This document shows positions 44,571 to 54,094 of a stretch of 64,000 nt of DNA, piece by piece. Position numbers and translations under genes: made by a program. A model generated the notes under the pieces. That model was given only the letters and a program-made list of their open reading frames with translations. It did no database searches and was not told the DNA's origin. Source of the stretch: Cyanophora paradoxa CCMP329 (taxonomy: Eukaryota; Plantae; Glaucophyta); NCBI GenBank assembly GCA_004431415.1, contig QPMI01000565.1, positions 1 through 64,000 on the forward strand, given 5' to 3'. Each line of letters opens with the position of its first letter. Positions within the stretch are counted from its first letter, which is position 1.

Positions 44571-47500
44571 ATGAGCTTCAATTACCCACCAAATCTAGAA
44601 ACCATTCAAGATGATAATGCAAGCAGCACCAAGCATGTGAACTTTGATAATATTAAAGTAAAGGGTTCAGTTTCAATTGACCACAGCTCTGATAATTCAT
44701 CAAAGACTCAATCAAGGGAGCATGCTTTATCTGTGAATCAAACCGATCCAGATAAAGAGGAGGTCAGTGTTGCTTTTAGTTTGGGTAATGTGAAAGCAAA
44801 CCAAGTGGCAGAGATCAAAGCAACAAGAAGGAGACCTAGGAAACTAAAACCCAGTGGCACTCACCCAGATATACCTTCCAGGTTCGATAGTGGTCGATTG
44901 ATTTTCAATGTTCAAGATGAGCAGGGCAAACAGAACACAGCTTTGCGAATTTACAATGAGGGCAGCACTGCAAAAGCTGAGGTCCCCCAAGTATTGCAAG
45001 TGGGTCCCATTGCCAACACAAATCAGGTCTCCTACACAAATGATGTATACCCCAAGGATATTACATATGACTTTGCGAGGAATGAGCCTTTTGGGTTTTT
45101 TACTCCAAAAGATGTCCATCAAAAAAAGCCATCAATTACAATCAACAGTAGCCCCAGTCAACCAGTAGCAATCCATTTACATCCTGATTTAGTCGAAATG
45201 GATAGGCACCTTTTGCCTTTGTATAGCAATGTGAAAGACCTTGGAATTCGAACCAGGCAATGGCGAAATATCCATGGCAGTAATGTGTATGCAAATGGTG
45301 AGAAGCTTGTTAGTGAGAAAACCCTAAGAGAAATCATTGAGCATTATGGTCCCAATGGACCTACTGTCCCATTCCCTATTCCATTTCCCAATGGACCACC
45401 CGATCTAACACCAAAGAAGCAGCCTGGAAGAGAATACACAGCAACTGAAGATGTAGCCTTTGGGCAGCATATTGTTAGTTGGGAGCAAGTTCGCAATAAA
45501 CCTATAATTGAACCCAGAAAGCAAATAGATGAGCAGTATTTACCTCCTGAAGTCGATATATTAGAGCTTGATGAATATCAATTCGTTCCAGATGAGGAAG
45601 AATATTTACCAGATGGTTTTGACCCACAAGAATATGAGTATGATCAATTTGACCCCAATGAGGAGGAGATACTCCCAGATGGTTTTGACCCACAAGAATA
45701 TGAGTATGAACAGAACTATGAACATGATGAGGAGTATTTACCAGATGGTCATGATCCACCAGCTGTTGATTATGAGCAACCTTATGAACCCCATGAGGAA
45801 TTGTTACCAGATGGATTTCGACCTGAGATCTGGGAGTTTTTTCCTGATTATGAACAAATTAATAATAAACCTGCAAAGTATCCCCCAGAGGATCACAATC
45901 ATGATTGGGATGAGATCTTAGGCAAACCTCAAAAGTATCCACCAGAAGATCACAGGCATGATTGGGGTGATATTGATGGGATACCTACTGAGTTCCCACC
46001 AAGCAAACATGAACACACTTGGGATGAGATCAATGACCAACCAGAATTCGCAAAGGTAGAGCCTCTTGATAACTTGGGGGTTTCTCTTTATCAGACTTGT
46101 AATGTCCCTGAAAGAATCTTTTTGAATGAACACTATGTACATGTGAATGGGACACTTGCAAATTCAGCTATGAGAGGACCACTTCATATTAGGACATTAC
46201 CAGGCTCTTTTGAAACCCCACCACCACCAGGAGCAACCATACCAAATATCTTTGTGTCAAGCTACATGGAGGCTGACATTCCCACAGATACATTCAGAGT
46301 CCCAACAGACCCAGCAACCTACCAAAATTACAACTCTGCTATACAGGTTCATGTAGCAGATGTAAGCAGCTTAGATGGCTCAAGACCAATGATAGTTTTC
46401 AGTCGAGATAAGTATTCCTACATTCCCATAGTGGGAACTGCAAATGATAATTATGGAAGGGCAGAGCTTGCATGGATTAAAACAGATTATGGTGGGGTTC
46501 TGGAAGCCAATCAAAGAATGGCTGCAAAAAACATACACAATGAGAGCATTTCGAGAGTAGTCACAGAGGATTACCTTCAAGCTCAGAACTACATAGATGA
46601 AACAGAACTAAATACAATCATTGCAGGTATAGGTATTGGTGTTACAGGCAATTACCTCCCTCTCACAGGTGGGACTATTGATGGAACAGTAACAGCATGT
46701 AACTTCTTTGTCCATACTGAAAGCAATCAAACCTTTCCTGTGGTTCATCCAGGAGGTGAGTATGAGATACCTGATGATCCAGCTATTATGCCCATTAAAA
46801 TCGATCTCCCTTCTGATTATGTGGGAAGGGGTGAACTAAAAACCATCTCTTTCACAGGAGATTATAATGATCTCATAAATAAACCTACTGCTGCAAATTT
46901 GCACCCTGTTGCATTTTCGGGTAGTTTCCTTGATCTTAATAATAGATCACACACCCACACAAAGGCAGAAATTATAGATTTTGCACACACTCACACCAAA
47001 TCCCAGATAACAGATTTTGCTCACTTCCACACCAGAGCAGATATTACGAATTTCGCTCACACTCATGTTAAATCTGAGATCTTAGATCTCGGAAATGTTG
47101 CATATGTGGGTCACACCCATACCAAGGCAGAGATTACAGATCTTGGAAATGTTGCATATGTAGGTCACACCCACACTAAGGCAGAGATTACAGATTTTGC
47201 TCATACTCATGATTGGAATACAGATATATATAACAAACCAGCGATTTTCTCGGGCAACTACAATGATCTGACCAATAAACCCACCCTTGATCCCTTTACA
47301 GCAAATAATATCACTGCAAATGCAAACCTTCTCATTGGATCAGGTTACTTTCTCGATTATGACCCATATATTATGCCTGATCCTCCTGTTATTTGGAATT
47401 TCCACAATTCAACCCTTTCTACTAACTCTATATCTTACTATCAGGATAAAACCCTACTTGTTCGTGGAAATGCATATGCAAGAGAAATGTGGGTAATGGA

Positions 47501-47858
47501 TCCTCGAGATAACTCCAAGGTGACTAAGTTGGCACCCCAATACATGCTTGATAACCTGATTAGAAAGGGTATACAATCCATTACCATAACCAATCCTCAA
47601 CAGATGAACAATTCAGCAACTGCAAGACCAAATTTTACTTTCACTCTCAATTGGAGTCCAGCATTTTCAACTTCACCCTCTGTTGTTACAAATATGCAAG
47701 GATTACTTGCGGATTGCACTGATCTCGGATATAAAATTGCAATTACCAACAACTCAACAACATCAACAACAGTCAATGTACAAGTCTGGGTTGTGGGTTG
47801 GAATACACTTTACCCTACAAGCTTCACAGTATATATCCATTGGATAGCAACAGCATAA
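44571..47858 (+). CDS. Long fibre/spike protein (1095 aa)
   Basis: Acidic EEYLPDGFDP repeats, KPxKYPPEDHxHDW repeats, seven HxH units, beta-rich tip ending WIATA. Confidence 0.8.
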   Translation: MSFNYPPNLETIQDDNASSTKHVNFDNIKVKGSVSIDHSSDNSSKTQSREHALSVNQTDPDKEEVSVAFSLGNVKANQVAEIKATRRRPRKLKPSGTHPDIPSRFDSGRLIFNVQDEQGKQNTALRIYNEGSTAKAEVPQVLQVGPIANTNQVSYTNDVYPKDITYDFARNEPFGFFTPKDVHQKKPSITINSSPSQPVAIHLHPDLVEMDRHLLPLYSNVKDLGIRTRQWRNIHGSNVYANGEKLVSEKTLREIIEHYGPNGPTVPFPIPFPNGPPDLTPKKQPGREYTATEDVAFGQHIVSWEQVRNKPIIEPRKQIDEQYLPPEVDILELDEYQFVPDEEEYLPDGFDPQEYEYDQFDPNEEEILPDGFDPQEYEYEQNYEHDEEYLPDGHDPPAVDYEQPYEPHEELLPDGFRPEIWEFFPDYEQINNKPAKYPPEDHNHDWDEILGKPQKYPPEDHRHDWGDIDGIPTEFPPSKHEHTWDEINDQPEFAKVEPLDNLGVSLYQTCNVPERIFLNEHYVHVNGTLANSAMRGPLHIRTLPGSFETPPPPGATIPNIFVSSYMEADIPTDTFRVPTDPATYQNYNSAIQVHVADVSSLDGSRPMIVFSRDKYSYIPIVGTANDNYGRAELAWIKTDYGGVLEANQRMAAKNIHNESISRVVTEDYLQAQNYIDETELNTIIAGIGIGVTGNYLPLTGGTIDGTVTACNFFVHTESNQTFPVVHPGGEYEIPDDPAIMPIKIDLPSDYVGRGELKTISFTGDYNDLINKPTAANLHPVAFSGSFLDLNNRSHTHTKAEIIDFAHTHTKSQITDFAHFHTRADITNFAHTHVKSEILDLGNVAYVGHTHTKAEITDLGNVAYVGHTHTKAEITDFAHTHDWNTDIYNKPAIFSGNYNDLTNKPTLDPFTANNITANANLLIGSGYFLDYDPYIMPDPPVIWNFHNSTLSTNSISYYQDKTLLVRGNAYAREMWVMDPRDNSKVTKLAPQYMLDNLIRKGIQSITITNPQQMNNSATARPNFTFTLNWSPAFSTSPSVVTNMQGLLADCTDLGYKIAITNNSTTSTTVNVQVWVVGWNTLYPTSFTVYIHWIATA

Positions 47859-47883
47859 TTAAGATTCTCACACTATTACAAAG

Positions 47884-48951
47884 ATGACCTCTCTATTAGA
47901 AATCCCAAACTATGAACTTGCAGCCAAATCACTCCACAGCACCTCTCATGAAGTAGTCGACTCTACACCCGGTTTTATTTGCACTGAAACTACAAGTAAT
48001 ACCTCTTTCACAGAGAACAGTATACTGAGGGTCAAAGAAATTCGATGTGATCGAAATGGAGGCAAGATTAGAACCACAGGAATAATTATCTCGAATAAAA
48101 ATCAGGTTCAAGCAGGTCAAGTAGTCCCCGATTCGTCAATATATGATAATGTGGGTGGATTCACCACAGCCCAGATAGTTACTTTTGGTAACACAAGCAA
48201 TAATTCCGCTCTTGTAGTTAAGAGTGGAGGGGCATACATTGGAGATGGAGCAAATGTAGCAGGAACTGTCACAGCAAATCAATTAAATGTGAGTGGGACA
48301 AGTAGTTTTGGTGGGTATATGAATTTCAATGGTGGGCTTTCAGGGAGTATTCAGTATGGAACTCTCACACTTACAACAAGAATAAATACACCTGAGATTG
48401 ACAACATGAGTGACACAGTCATGAATTACAAGAGGAATGGGGATACCATTCTTTCTCTTCAAAAAACTACTCAGACAGATAACACAACTGTTCAACATCT
48501 CACACTTCCGACAAGCAAATATCTCAAATTAAGTAGCCATCCTCGTTTCTTTGCAACAAAACAGCAACCAAATGGGTCAATAACTGCAACAATTTCCTCA
48601 ATAAATATATATCCAACAACAGGAGTCATAGTGAACCAAGGAAATCATTTCGATCCTGCGACAGGGCTTTTTACTGCCCCTGTTACAGGAAACTATCTTG
48701 TCACATTTAGTGGATCCTGTTATTGGACTGGAAGAACAACTAATATTGTTACATTTTTACAGAAAAACGGAAGCTCATCTGGAATTGAAGTGCATACTAA
48801 TTATGCATCTGCATATGCAAACAATGGGTTCGAAATTATTGTAGACCTTCAAGCCAATGATTCCATCAGAATATCATATAATAGCAGTGGTGGAGGTTCT
48901 ATATATTATAATATCAGATGGTTCTTTGGATGTATGCTTGTCCATTCATAA
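47884..48951 (+). CDS. Fibre paralogue 1: ELRCD-type anchor plus C1q-like head
   Basis: KEIRCDRN, SGGAYIGDG, GLFTAPVTGNYLVTFS. Confidence 0.8.
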   Translation: MTSLLEIPNYELAAKSLHSTSHEVVDSTPGFICTETTSNTSFTENSILRVKEIRCDRNGGKIRTTGIIISNKNQVQAGQVVPDSSIYDNVGGFTTAQIVTFGNTSNNSALVVKSGGAYIGDGANVAGTVTANQLNVSGTSSFGGYMNFNGGLSGSIQYGTLTLTTRINTPEIDNMSDTVMNYKRNGDTILSLQKTTQTDNTTVQHLTLPTSKYLKLSSHPRFFATKQQPNGSITATISSINIYPTTGVIVNQGNHFDPATGLFTAPVTGNYLVTFSGSCYWTGRTTNIVTFLQKNGSSSGIEVHTNYASAYANNGFEIIVDLQANDSIRISYNSSGGGSIYYNIRWFFGCMLVHS

Positions 48952-48973
48952 TATTGTCTACATAATATAAAGA

Positions 48974-49990
48974 ATGTCTACACAAATAGCTGTTCCTGTT
49001 TTCTGTTATGCTGCCCCAAAATTACATCAACTCAATCACACAGTAACAGATGCAACCCCTGGTTTATTTGCACTGAAACAACAGGAGCCGATTCATTTTC
49101 TCAAAACTCTGTGATCAGATGCAAAGAAATTCGATGTGATCGCAATGGGGCAAGGTGAGAACCACAGGTTTAATAGTTTCAAACAAGAACCAAGTTCAAT
49201 CAGGTCAAATTGTTTCCGATTCATCAATATATGATGATGTAGGAGGGTTCACCACACCCAAAATAGTAACATTTAACAACACAATCAATAACTCTGCTCT
49301 TGTTGTGAGAAGTGGAGGAGCTTACATTGGAGATGGGGCGAGAGTTGATGGAACTCTCACAGCAAATCAGGTAAGTATTACAGGAACAAGCACCTTTACA
49401 GGATTGGTAACAGCAAATGCTGGTATTTCACTACCAATTGCCTCACAATCCATAATCACAGCAACAAACAAGGTTGTCACACCAGAAATCGATACAGGAG
49501 CCAATGTAGACCTTCTTCTCAAACGAAATAGTAACACTGTCGCTACTCTGGAAGCGAATAGTTTGACAGTTAATACAGGGTGTTATCTCAAAACATCACA
49601 TCCACGATTTTCAGTTCAACTTGGCTACAATCACACTGCTACAACTTCTGCTGATCTAATAAACTGGGCAACAGTTCGAGTAAACAATACCAATTCATTC
49701 AGCACATCAACTGGAAGGTTCACAGCACCTGTTGCAGGACACTATCGTTTTTCAGTATTCACTTCTTCAACCACAACTTCTGCTATTGAATTGTTTCTCA
49801 GGGTAAACAATGCAGATCCAGGGGATTGAGCATTTCCCAAGTTCACAATCTGTCAACAACAAATAAAGCGCTGTGTTTCTCTTGCATTCTCAATCTTGCC
49901 CAAAACGAATTTGTTACACTTGTTACAAATTCAGTCGGTTCATATGCAAGTCAAACAGCCTTCTCAGGTGAATTAATAAGCATCGTTTAA
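48974..49990 (+). CDS. Fibre paralogue 2: anchor plus C1q-like head (frameshifted)
   Basis: KEIRCDRN, SGGAYIGDG, GRFTAPVAGHYRFS. Confidence 0.75.
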
Positions 49991-50012
49991 TTTTCTTATG
50001 GTAGTTTAGGAA

Positions 50013-50273
50013 ATGTCGAATATTTACCAAGTGGTTCTATCTGATATTGAGAAGTTGGGAATGGAATTTTGTGCTGCTTCTGTTCAGGATTGGATCGATA
50101 ATGCTGCCCATAACAGAGCAAGAATTGCAATTGATGAGATTGTTCAGAAAGAAATCCATTCTTGCATCTCAGGTGGAGTTCAAATACCAACCTCAAAGGA
50201 AGCGATTGTATTACAGGCATTCCAAAGGGGAACTGTGAAGAAAGCAATTGAGTATAACAATGTCACAGAATAG
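50013..50273 (+). CDS. Small fibre-associated protein
   Basis: QDWIDNA..NRARIAIDEIV; recalled (not searched) as resembling small ORFs next to phage tail-fibre genes. Confidence 0.55.
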   Translation: MSNIYQVVLSDIEKLGMEFCAASVQDWIDNAAHNRARIAIDEIVQKEIHSCISGGVQIPTSKEAIVLQAFQRGTVKKAIEYNNVTE

Positions 50274-50313
50274 TATTGTACATTATTTTCTTTCCTTCTT
50301 AGTAAAAGAAGCA

Positions 50314-51158
50314 ATGGGTGAATATAATCGAGTTCAACTGCCTATATATTCCTTGGATCCCCTGCAATGCATTTTCGCCAGCATGAAGTAAATGATGAGG
50401 TTCGTGGATTGGAATCCACAGAGAGACCCAATTCCAATGGCAACTCCTTTGATAAAAATTCGATTATTCGAGTTAAAGAGCTGAGAGCTGATAAGAACTC
50501 AGGTGTGGTGAAAACAACTCGACTTCTTGTCACAAATGCTAACTTTTTCCAGCCTACTAATGGAGGTCCTGATGCTTACAGTGTTGATCTGAAAGCCCTT
50601 GATTATGATAAAAACACTGCTGCTGTAACTGTGAGATCAGGAGGAGCTTTTATTGGTGGTGGCTGCAGAGTTTCAGGTCAGCTTTCATCCTCAATTTCGT
50701 ATAATGATGTCCCAGATACTCTTGAACAAAATGTAGAGAACCCACAACGAATTCGATTATATATACCAGTTGCACAACAGCCAATTATTCAATTTTACCA
50801 AGGTTATACTGTCACACTTGAAAACTCTGAATTGATTGAAGGAACCAAAAGAGTAATGAGAGGGCTGGTCATTCCTTCTGCAATGCTTTCTTTATGTAGA
50901 GCCAACAATAACCAGCCAGGTCACAGATACAATTTCAGTGTTCAAGGATATGATCATTTTGGCACAGGGTTCTGTGTTTATAATAACAATTTCACCTATG
51001 ATCTGTTTGTTACAGATATTGGAAAATATACAATTACAGTTATGGGTATCAGAACAGATATAGCTGCTGTCTCAGCTCTAAGAGGTGTTACTCCTGATAC
51101 TCTTTCTCAAACAGGGTTTTACCAAGAGCCAGATGTAATTGATGACCCAACCCCATAA
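50314..51158 (+). CDS. Fibre paralogue 3 (different head type; 5' frameshift)
   Basis: KELRADKN, SGGAFIGGG; ends MGIRTD. Confidence 0.7.
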
Positions 51159-51181
51159 AAGATATATCCCTTTAATGTAAA

Positions 51182-52012
51182 ATGGCTGAGCAACCCCCAC
51201 TTGAACGAATTATCACCCCACAACTATCATTAGCTGCACCTGCAAACCATGTTTTACAGCATGCTACCTTTGATGATGTGGAAGGTCTCCAATCCACAGA
51301 GGTCCAACCTACAATGAACACCTTTGGTTCCACCCACAAGCTGAGATTACAGGAACTCAGATGTGATAAAAATAATGGAATAGTTAAGACAACTAAGCTA
51401 CTTGTCACAAATGCAAACTTTTCTGCTCATTATGGAGACCCAGATAGCTATGGAGATCCTCTGTCTACTTATTCTTTTGAATCTAGGTCGGGAGCTATTA
51501 ACTGCAAATCGGGGGGAGCTTATATTGGTGATGGTCTTCGGGTTGGTGGGGCTGTTGGAGCGCCTTTATTTGTGAATGATCAACCCAATCCATTGATCCT
51601 AACACCAGAATTCGAACCTATGTCCCAGCATGAATGCCCCTATATAATCAAAATATTCCCCATTGTGGTAAATGAACAGACAGCAGTTGTAGACTCTCTT
51701 GTTGAGATTGGTGACCACTACAAGGTTGTTGTGGATATTCCACCAGATGTATATGCTGTATGTCAAGTGGAGGGTGGAACTCCTAATTTTGCAGTTGTGA
51801 TCACCCCATATGATAATTTCGGAATTGCTTATCATGGAGTCAATTTTGGTTTGGAAGATTATCAGTTCCTGGTTAGAGCCACCAAGTTTGGTATCTACAA
51901 GTGTGTATTATATGCTGAGAGAACTGATTTTATTGCAAAGCAGAATACCTATGCTGAGTACTATGGCACTAATCGATATTTCCCCATTTTTGGGCAGGAT
52001 ACTGCTCCATAA
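51182..52012 (+). CDS. Fibre paralogue 4 (head related to paralogue 3)
   Basis: QELRCDKN, SGGAYIGDG; YDNFG..YAERTD. Confidence 0.75.
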   Translation: MAEQPPLERIITPQLSLAAPANHVLQHATFDDVEGLQSTEVQPTMNTFGSTHKLRLQELRCDKNNGIVKTTKLLVTNANFSAHYGDPDSYGDPLSTYSFESRSGAINCKSGGAYIGDGLRVGGAVGAPLFVNDQPNPLILTPEFEPMSQHECPYIIKIFPIVVNEQTAVVDSLVEIGDHYKVVVDIPPDVYAVCQVEGGTPNFAVVITPYDNFGIAYHGVNFGLEDYQFLVRATKFGIYKCVLYAERTDFIAKQNTYAEYYGTNRYFPIFGQDTAP

Positions 52013-52034
52013 GAATATTGGTTATATATAGAGT

Positions 52035-52306
52035 ATGGATAGTAAAACAAAAAAGTTTATTGATGCTGCTATGACAGTTCATGGTAAAGATAAATTCGAT
52101 TACAGTGAGACACATTACATCAAAGCTCAAGAGAAAGTATCTGTTAGATGTTTGCAGTGTAATAAGGTGATCCTTACCTATCCCTTTAATCATGTGAAGG
52201 GATCAGGTTGCAGGAATGCAACAAAAAGCATTCTCAAGCTTATAGGAAAAGGGCTACTTCATCAATCACAGTGGAATATAGAGATGTTTGCATTAGGTTC
52301 GATTAG
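52035..52306 (+). CDS. Single DUF723-like Cys-rich repeat protein or endonuclease remnant
   Basis: HGKDKFDY..CLQC..NHVKGSGC resembles the repeats of 8804..9745; no nuclease domain. Confidence 0.55.
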
Positions 52307-52334
52307 GTTTAATAATTTTTCTAAGGTATTCTTA

Positions 52335-52733
52335 ATGGAGACTCAATACAGGGGCTTTCATGTTATGCTTGATTACAAGGCTAAAACAGCTATTGCAACA
52401 GGACATGAGCATGTAAGCTTCCTTGGTAATTGGATTATGAGAACCCTTGAACAAGCAGTATTAAGGCAAGGCATTAGGATTGTTCACAAACATTGTGAGA
52501 TATTTGATGGCAAAGTATCACCTCCTGGTTTTGCATTGGTTCTGCTATTAGATGAAAGCCATTGTACAGCTCATTGTTATTCCAATGAAGGCATGTTAGC
52601 AATTGATATATTCAGTTGTGGTAAAGACGCTCAGCATAAAACACAAGCAGTAGCAGATGAGATCGATAAAACAATGAATTTCTTAACATTTGAGAAGACT
52701 GAGAGGCATAAACATGATAGATTTCCGTTTTGA
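52335..52733 (+). CDS. speD: S-adenosylmethionine decarboxylase proenzyme (short prokaryote-type)
   Basis: G.HVMLD N-terminus, LLLDESHCTAH self-cleavage motif, AIDIFSCG. Confidence 0.85.
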   Translation: METQYRGFHVMLDYKAKTAIATGHEHVSFLGNWIMRTLEQAVLRQGIRIVHKHCEIFDGKVSPPGFALVLLLDESHCTAHCYSNEGMLAIDIFSCGKDAQHKTQAVADEIDKTMNFLTFEKTERHKHDRFPF

Positions 52734-52883
52734 TGGGTTTCTATAATGATGATCAGGGTGATTTACCTTTTTTATTACAATAACATTGATCAGCTATTAT
52801 AACAAAAGGATATAATATATCCCTTTCCTACAATAGAATATGTTACAATTTCGAATACTATCGATTTCCTTACAATAAAACTC

Positions 52884-53036
52884 AGCATCTCCCCTTCATT
52901 CCCCAATTATAATTTAAGTGGACTCAAGGTTGACTCATATTAATCGTAAAAGTAGTAATAGTATATGGATTTTGTTACGAATTCAATGCAAGGGTTGACT
53001 AAGTGGGTTGAGTTGACTCAAATTTCACAGGAAATA
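52884..53036. repeat. Relic A-type terminal/iteron segment within B's terminal region
   Basis: Near-identical to 21151-21314. Confidence 0.85.
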
Positions 53037-53108
53037 ACAATGAATCAGAGTATAAATGCATTTTTTGAATCAACTACACCAACTAACACTGAGATTTTAA
53101 CAATATAT

Positions 53109-53407
53109 GAGGTCCTTACTGAATATGGTATGTGTCACAGGTGTCACAGGTTTATCCCAAAGTTTCTCCTATAAAGAGTAAATTTCCAAAAGTTTGGGAT
53201 GGACCTGTGACACCTGTGACACTCGATTAAATCATTTATTCATTTAATTAGAAATACATAGATAAGATTATGACTGAGTTTTTCATTATAAAAGAGGTCC
53301 TTACTGAATATGGTATGTGTCACAGGTGTCACAGGTTTATCCCAAAGTTTCTCCTATAAAGAGTGAATTTTCAAAAGTTTGGGATGGACCTGTGACACCT
53401 GTGACAC
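53109..53407. repeat. Duplicated ~114-bp B-type iteron unit
   Basis: 53109-53222 and 53294-53407, each GTGTCACAGGTGTCACAGG...CCTGTGACACCTGTGACAC. Confidence 0.9.
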
Positions 53408-53660
53408 CCAATTATTCATTAAATTCCTAAGGGTCCCCCCTTAGACTCATTAAAACATGATAATAACATATCAATTTCATGTATAATTACGATTGAATTC
53501 AATAAGAGATCGATTTGTTTTATTAAACAAATGAATCTTTTATGGATCTTAATCGAGTTAAGCGATATGTTTACGATTAAATGAATTAAATTTAATTAAA
53601 TTTAATCGAGAAAGAACATGAATATAATATCGATTAAATCAATTAACAAAAAGACCAATC

Positions 53661-53688
53661 ACACATAGTAAAATGCGGAGTTTTAACC
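53661..53688. repeat. Inner 28-bp arm of B terminal inverted repeat
   Basis: ACACATAGTAAAATGCGGAGTTTTAACC; exact reverse complement at 57279-57306. Confidence 0.92.
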
Positions 53689-53723
53689 AGAGGCAAGATC
53701 TAATTGAGATTCAGTTATATTAT

Positions 53724-54094
53724 TGCGCTGAGCGGGATGCGCTAAGCAGTTGGCTAGGCCCAGAGGCGCCCCAAGCAGAGAGGGACAGGCCCGTACAGCA
53801 CCGTAGGGCGACGGCGAGCGGGTGCCATTACGTACACAGCAGGCGCAGAGCCGGCGTAAGACAGCAAGTAACAGGTACAGCGTAAGACAGTAAGTACAGA
53901 GAACAGGGACGAGAACGACAGCCAGCAAGCGAGCGCCGCGCAGGGCAAGCGAGGGCCCAGGGCTAAAATAAGCGGTCCAGTTGGCAACAACGTGGCACCA
54001 GGAATAGCAGGCTACAAAGGGTACAAGGCAAGGCAAGCTGCCGGCTTAGAGCCGACGACCAGGGCTAGCTGGGAGTCGGAAAGTGGGCGGCACA
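53724..54094 (-). repeat. 3' LTR
   Basis: Apparently identical to 56712-57082. Confidence 0.92.

Noticed and set aside
52035-52733. Zinc-repeat/AdoMetDC fusion protein (232-aa ORF)
   Set aside because: A one-base shift restores GCxEC and a stop at 52306, and AdoMetDC has its own ATG at 52335; the fusion is likely an artefact.
53109-53407. CRISPR array or diversity-generating retroelement
   Set aside because: No repeat-spacer periodicity, no cas or reverse transcriptase gene, and no adenine-specific template/variable repeat pair seen.
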